A stretch of DNA of 64,000 bases from Leucoraja ocellata (lineage: Eukaryota), in assembly GCA_036785375.1 (NCBI GenBank), contig JAWMAR010001858.1:124001-188000 (forward strand), read 5' to 3'. The translations under genes and the position numbers were made by a program. The notes beneath the pieces were generated by a model. The model was not told the origin of the DNA and ran no database searches. It was given only the letters and a program-made list of their open reading frames with translations. This document shows positions 62,263-64,000 of this stretch, piece by piece (position 1 is the first letter of the stretch; the number at the start of each line of letters is the position of its first letter).

Positions 62263-63975
62263 GGGTGATACAAATTATTTCTGGTCACAATACTGGTCCA
62301 AGAAAAGAGACTTTCAACTGAGCTCTTCAGCACACGATTCACAATGCTGTCATTAATCCAAATGTAACAACCAGTAGGTGACTCCCCGAAGAAACTGATC
62401 ACAGTTATGTAATTAACACTCAGTATAGACTGCACACATAGAAGCACGCACGTGCTCCACACCTGTGCTGTTTAAATGCATCGCCTCACTCCTGTAGATC
62501 TGTTGGGAGTCAGTTGCAAAAGAGCTCCCTTCATTCCACCGGGCTGAAACCACGAGGCAGATTCACAGCCGTCACTTCTTCGTATTAAGGGCCTGTCCAA
62601 CTTGGGCGACCTAATCTGCGAGTTTAGAAGAGTTTGCCCTTGACTCAAACTCACAGCATGGTCGACACGAGGTCCTAGGTGGTCCTATGAGCTCGCTGGA
62701 ACTCTCCTTCATGCTCGAGGAAAGTTCTCGAATACTCGCGGCCTCAGCTAAGTCGCAGAAAGTTTTTCCAGCGTATTGAAAATTTTTCCGCGAGTAAAAT
62801 TTGGTAGACATGGCTCTTTTTAACTCGTAGTGCAGTGGAGTGGGGTTTGCTATTTAGTTACAGGCAGTCGAGGGCAGCCATTAGGCAATCTCCTTCACTG
62901 ACCGGGCCATTTTGATTGGCTCATTGGAGTTTTCAGGACCCAGGAAGACCTATCGGTAGGTAAAATGCCTGCTAAACTTTATTAAACTTCCGAGGCTTTC
63001 CAGGCAAGTGCCCTTGAGTTGGAAGGTCGAAGACACTCTTTTCAACTCGCTGATTAGGTCGCCCAAGCGGACAGCCTTTAGGATGATTCTTCAGTAAGTG
63101 TCTACTTTTGATGTTTCTGGAAACCCGATTATAAAACTTCAATTTTTACAACTTTGAATGTTGTTTGGCACAATCTTCTAGAGAATTTAATTTATTTCTT
63201 CCTCTTCTTTTTCCAGGTTGCCCATTGCATTCAGTCATATCCGTCGCATTTTATGATGAACAACACTGTAAAATATAACTGATTTAAGAATATAAAATCA
63301 ATTTTTGTCGCAGTCTTTCAAATTATAGATTATCTTCCTCAAATAAACCAAAATTTAAAAAAAACATTTTCAGTCTAACGCATTGATTTTCAACCTTCTT
63401 AACAATTTACTACTGAAAAAAAGTGGTGATTTTCAGCAAGAATGGTGATCGTCACAAAACTTTTCACCAACTTCCTCTAAAACAATATTAACTTCAGATG
63501 AATAGGCAGAAACATACTGTTCATTTATCAATTACAATTGATAATTATGGTAATTGTTGTATTATTTTACATATTATGAGCATAAATGTGACTGATATGT
63601 CTCAGCGTGATGGAGATGATTATGTTCATGAATGCCGCATAACGTAGATGACCAAAGGGCGATTCTTCAGTAACTGTCTACTTTGGTGTCCCGCTACTTT
63701 GATGCTGTATATAAGGAATATCCGTAATTCTATCCCATTTCTTCTTTTTCTATATTGTTAATAAACATAAACCTCATAAATAAAGATTAAACCCTAAATA
63801 AATAGTGTTTATTTTTTAATTTTGTCCTGATGTTTAATGCCCCCCCCCACCCGTGATACCATGTCCCGATAGTTACGTGTGAAATTTCAAGTCGGCATAT
63901 TTATTTAATGGGGGATTTATCTGAAATGAAAATACTTTAAACGGTGGGTATTAATGATTAAAACATTTATCACCC
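62263..63975. mobile_element. Candidate non-autonomous Kolobok-like DNA transposon
   Basis: TTAA|GGGTGATA ... TATCACCC|TTAA; subterminal gtgaaatttcaagtc; AT-rich non-coding interior. Confidence 0.5.
62588..63077. mobile_element. PIF/Harbinger-like MITE
   Basis: tta|AGGGCCTGTCCAACTTgggcgacctaatc...gattaggtcgcccAAGCGGACAGCCT|tta; about 45-bp imperfect TIR. Confidence 0.8.
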
Positions 63976-64000
63976 TTAAAAGAAATGCCTCTATTCTTGA

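Overview
Eukaryotic, repeat-rich vertebrate genomic DNA. The repeat complement (HER1/CR1-type LINEs, HE1-type V-SINEs, Rex1/Babar LINEs, Neptune-type Penelope elements) points to a cartilaginous fish, probably a skate or ray (inference). The only host gene I can support is the 3' part of NWD2 (NACHT and WD repeat domain-containing 2) on the + strand. Four coding exons with GT-AG boundaries and consistent phases lie at 18190-18393, 22689-22833, 23880-24469 and 30279-34217; the 5' exons appear to lie upstream of the window. Nearly all other ORFs in the track are transposon fragments or noise. The most striking non-genic signal is a dense population (about 15 loci) of short Penelope-derived units, many carrying a minimal hammerhead-ribozyme core (CTGAAGA-A-GGGT-nnnn-RCCC-GAAACGT[C/T]). 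They often form perfect or near-perfect palindromes, have 11-18 bp target duplications (mostly 13-16), and their 5' breakpoints cluster at the ribozyme. Also present: a Tc1 remnant with nested insertions, three Harbinger-like MITEs sharing termini, a Kolobok-like TTAA element, an unexplained 180-bp old palindrome, and a possible very distal NWD2 polyA site.
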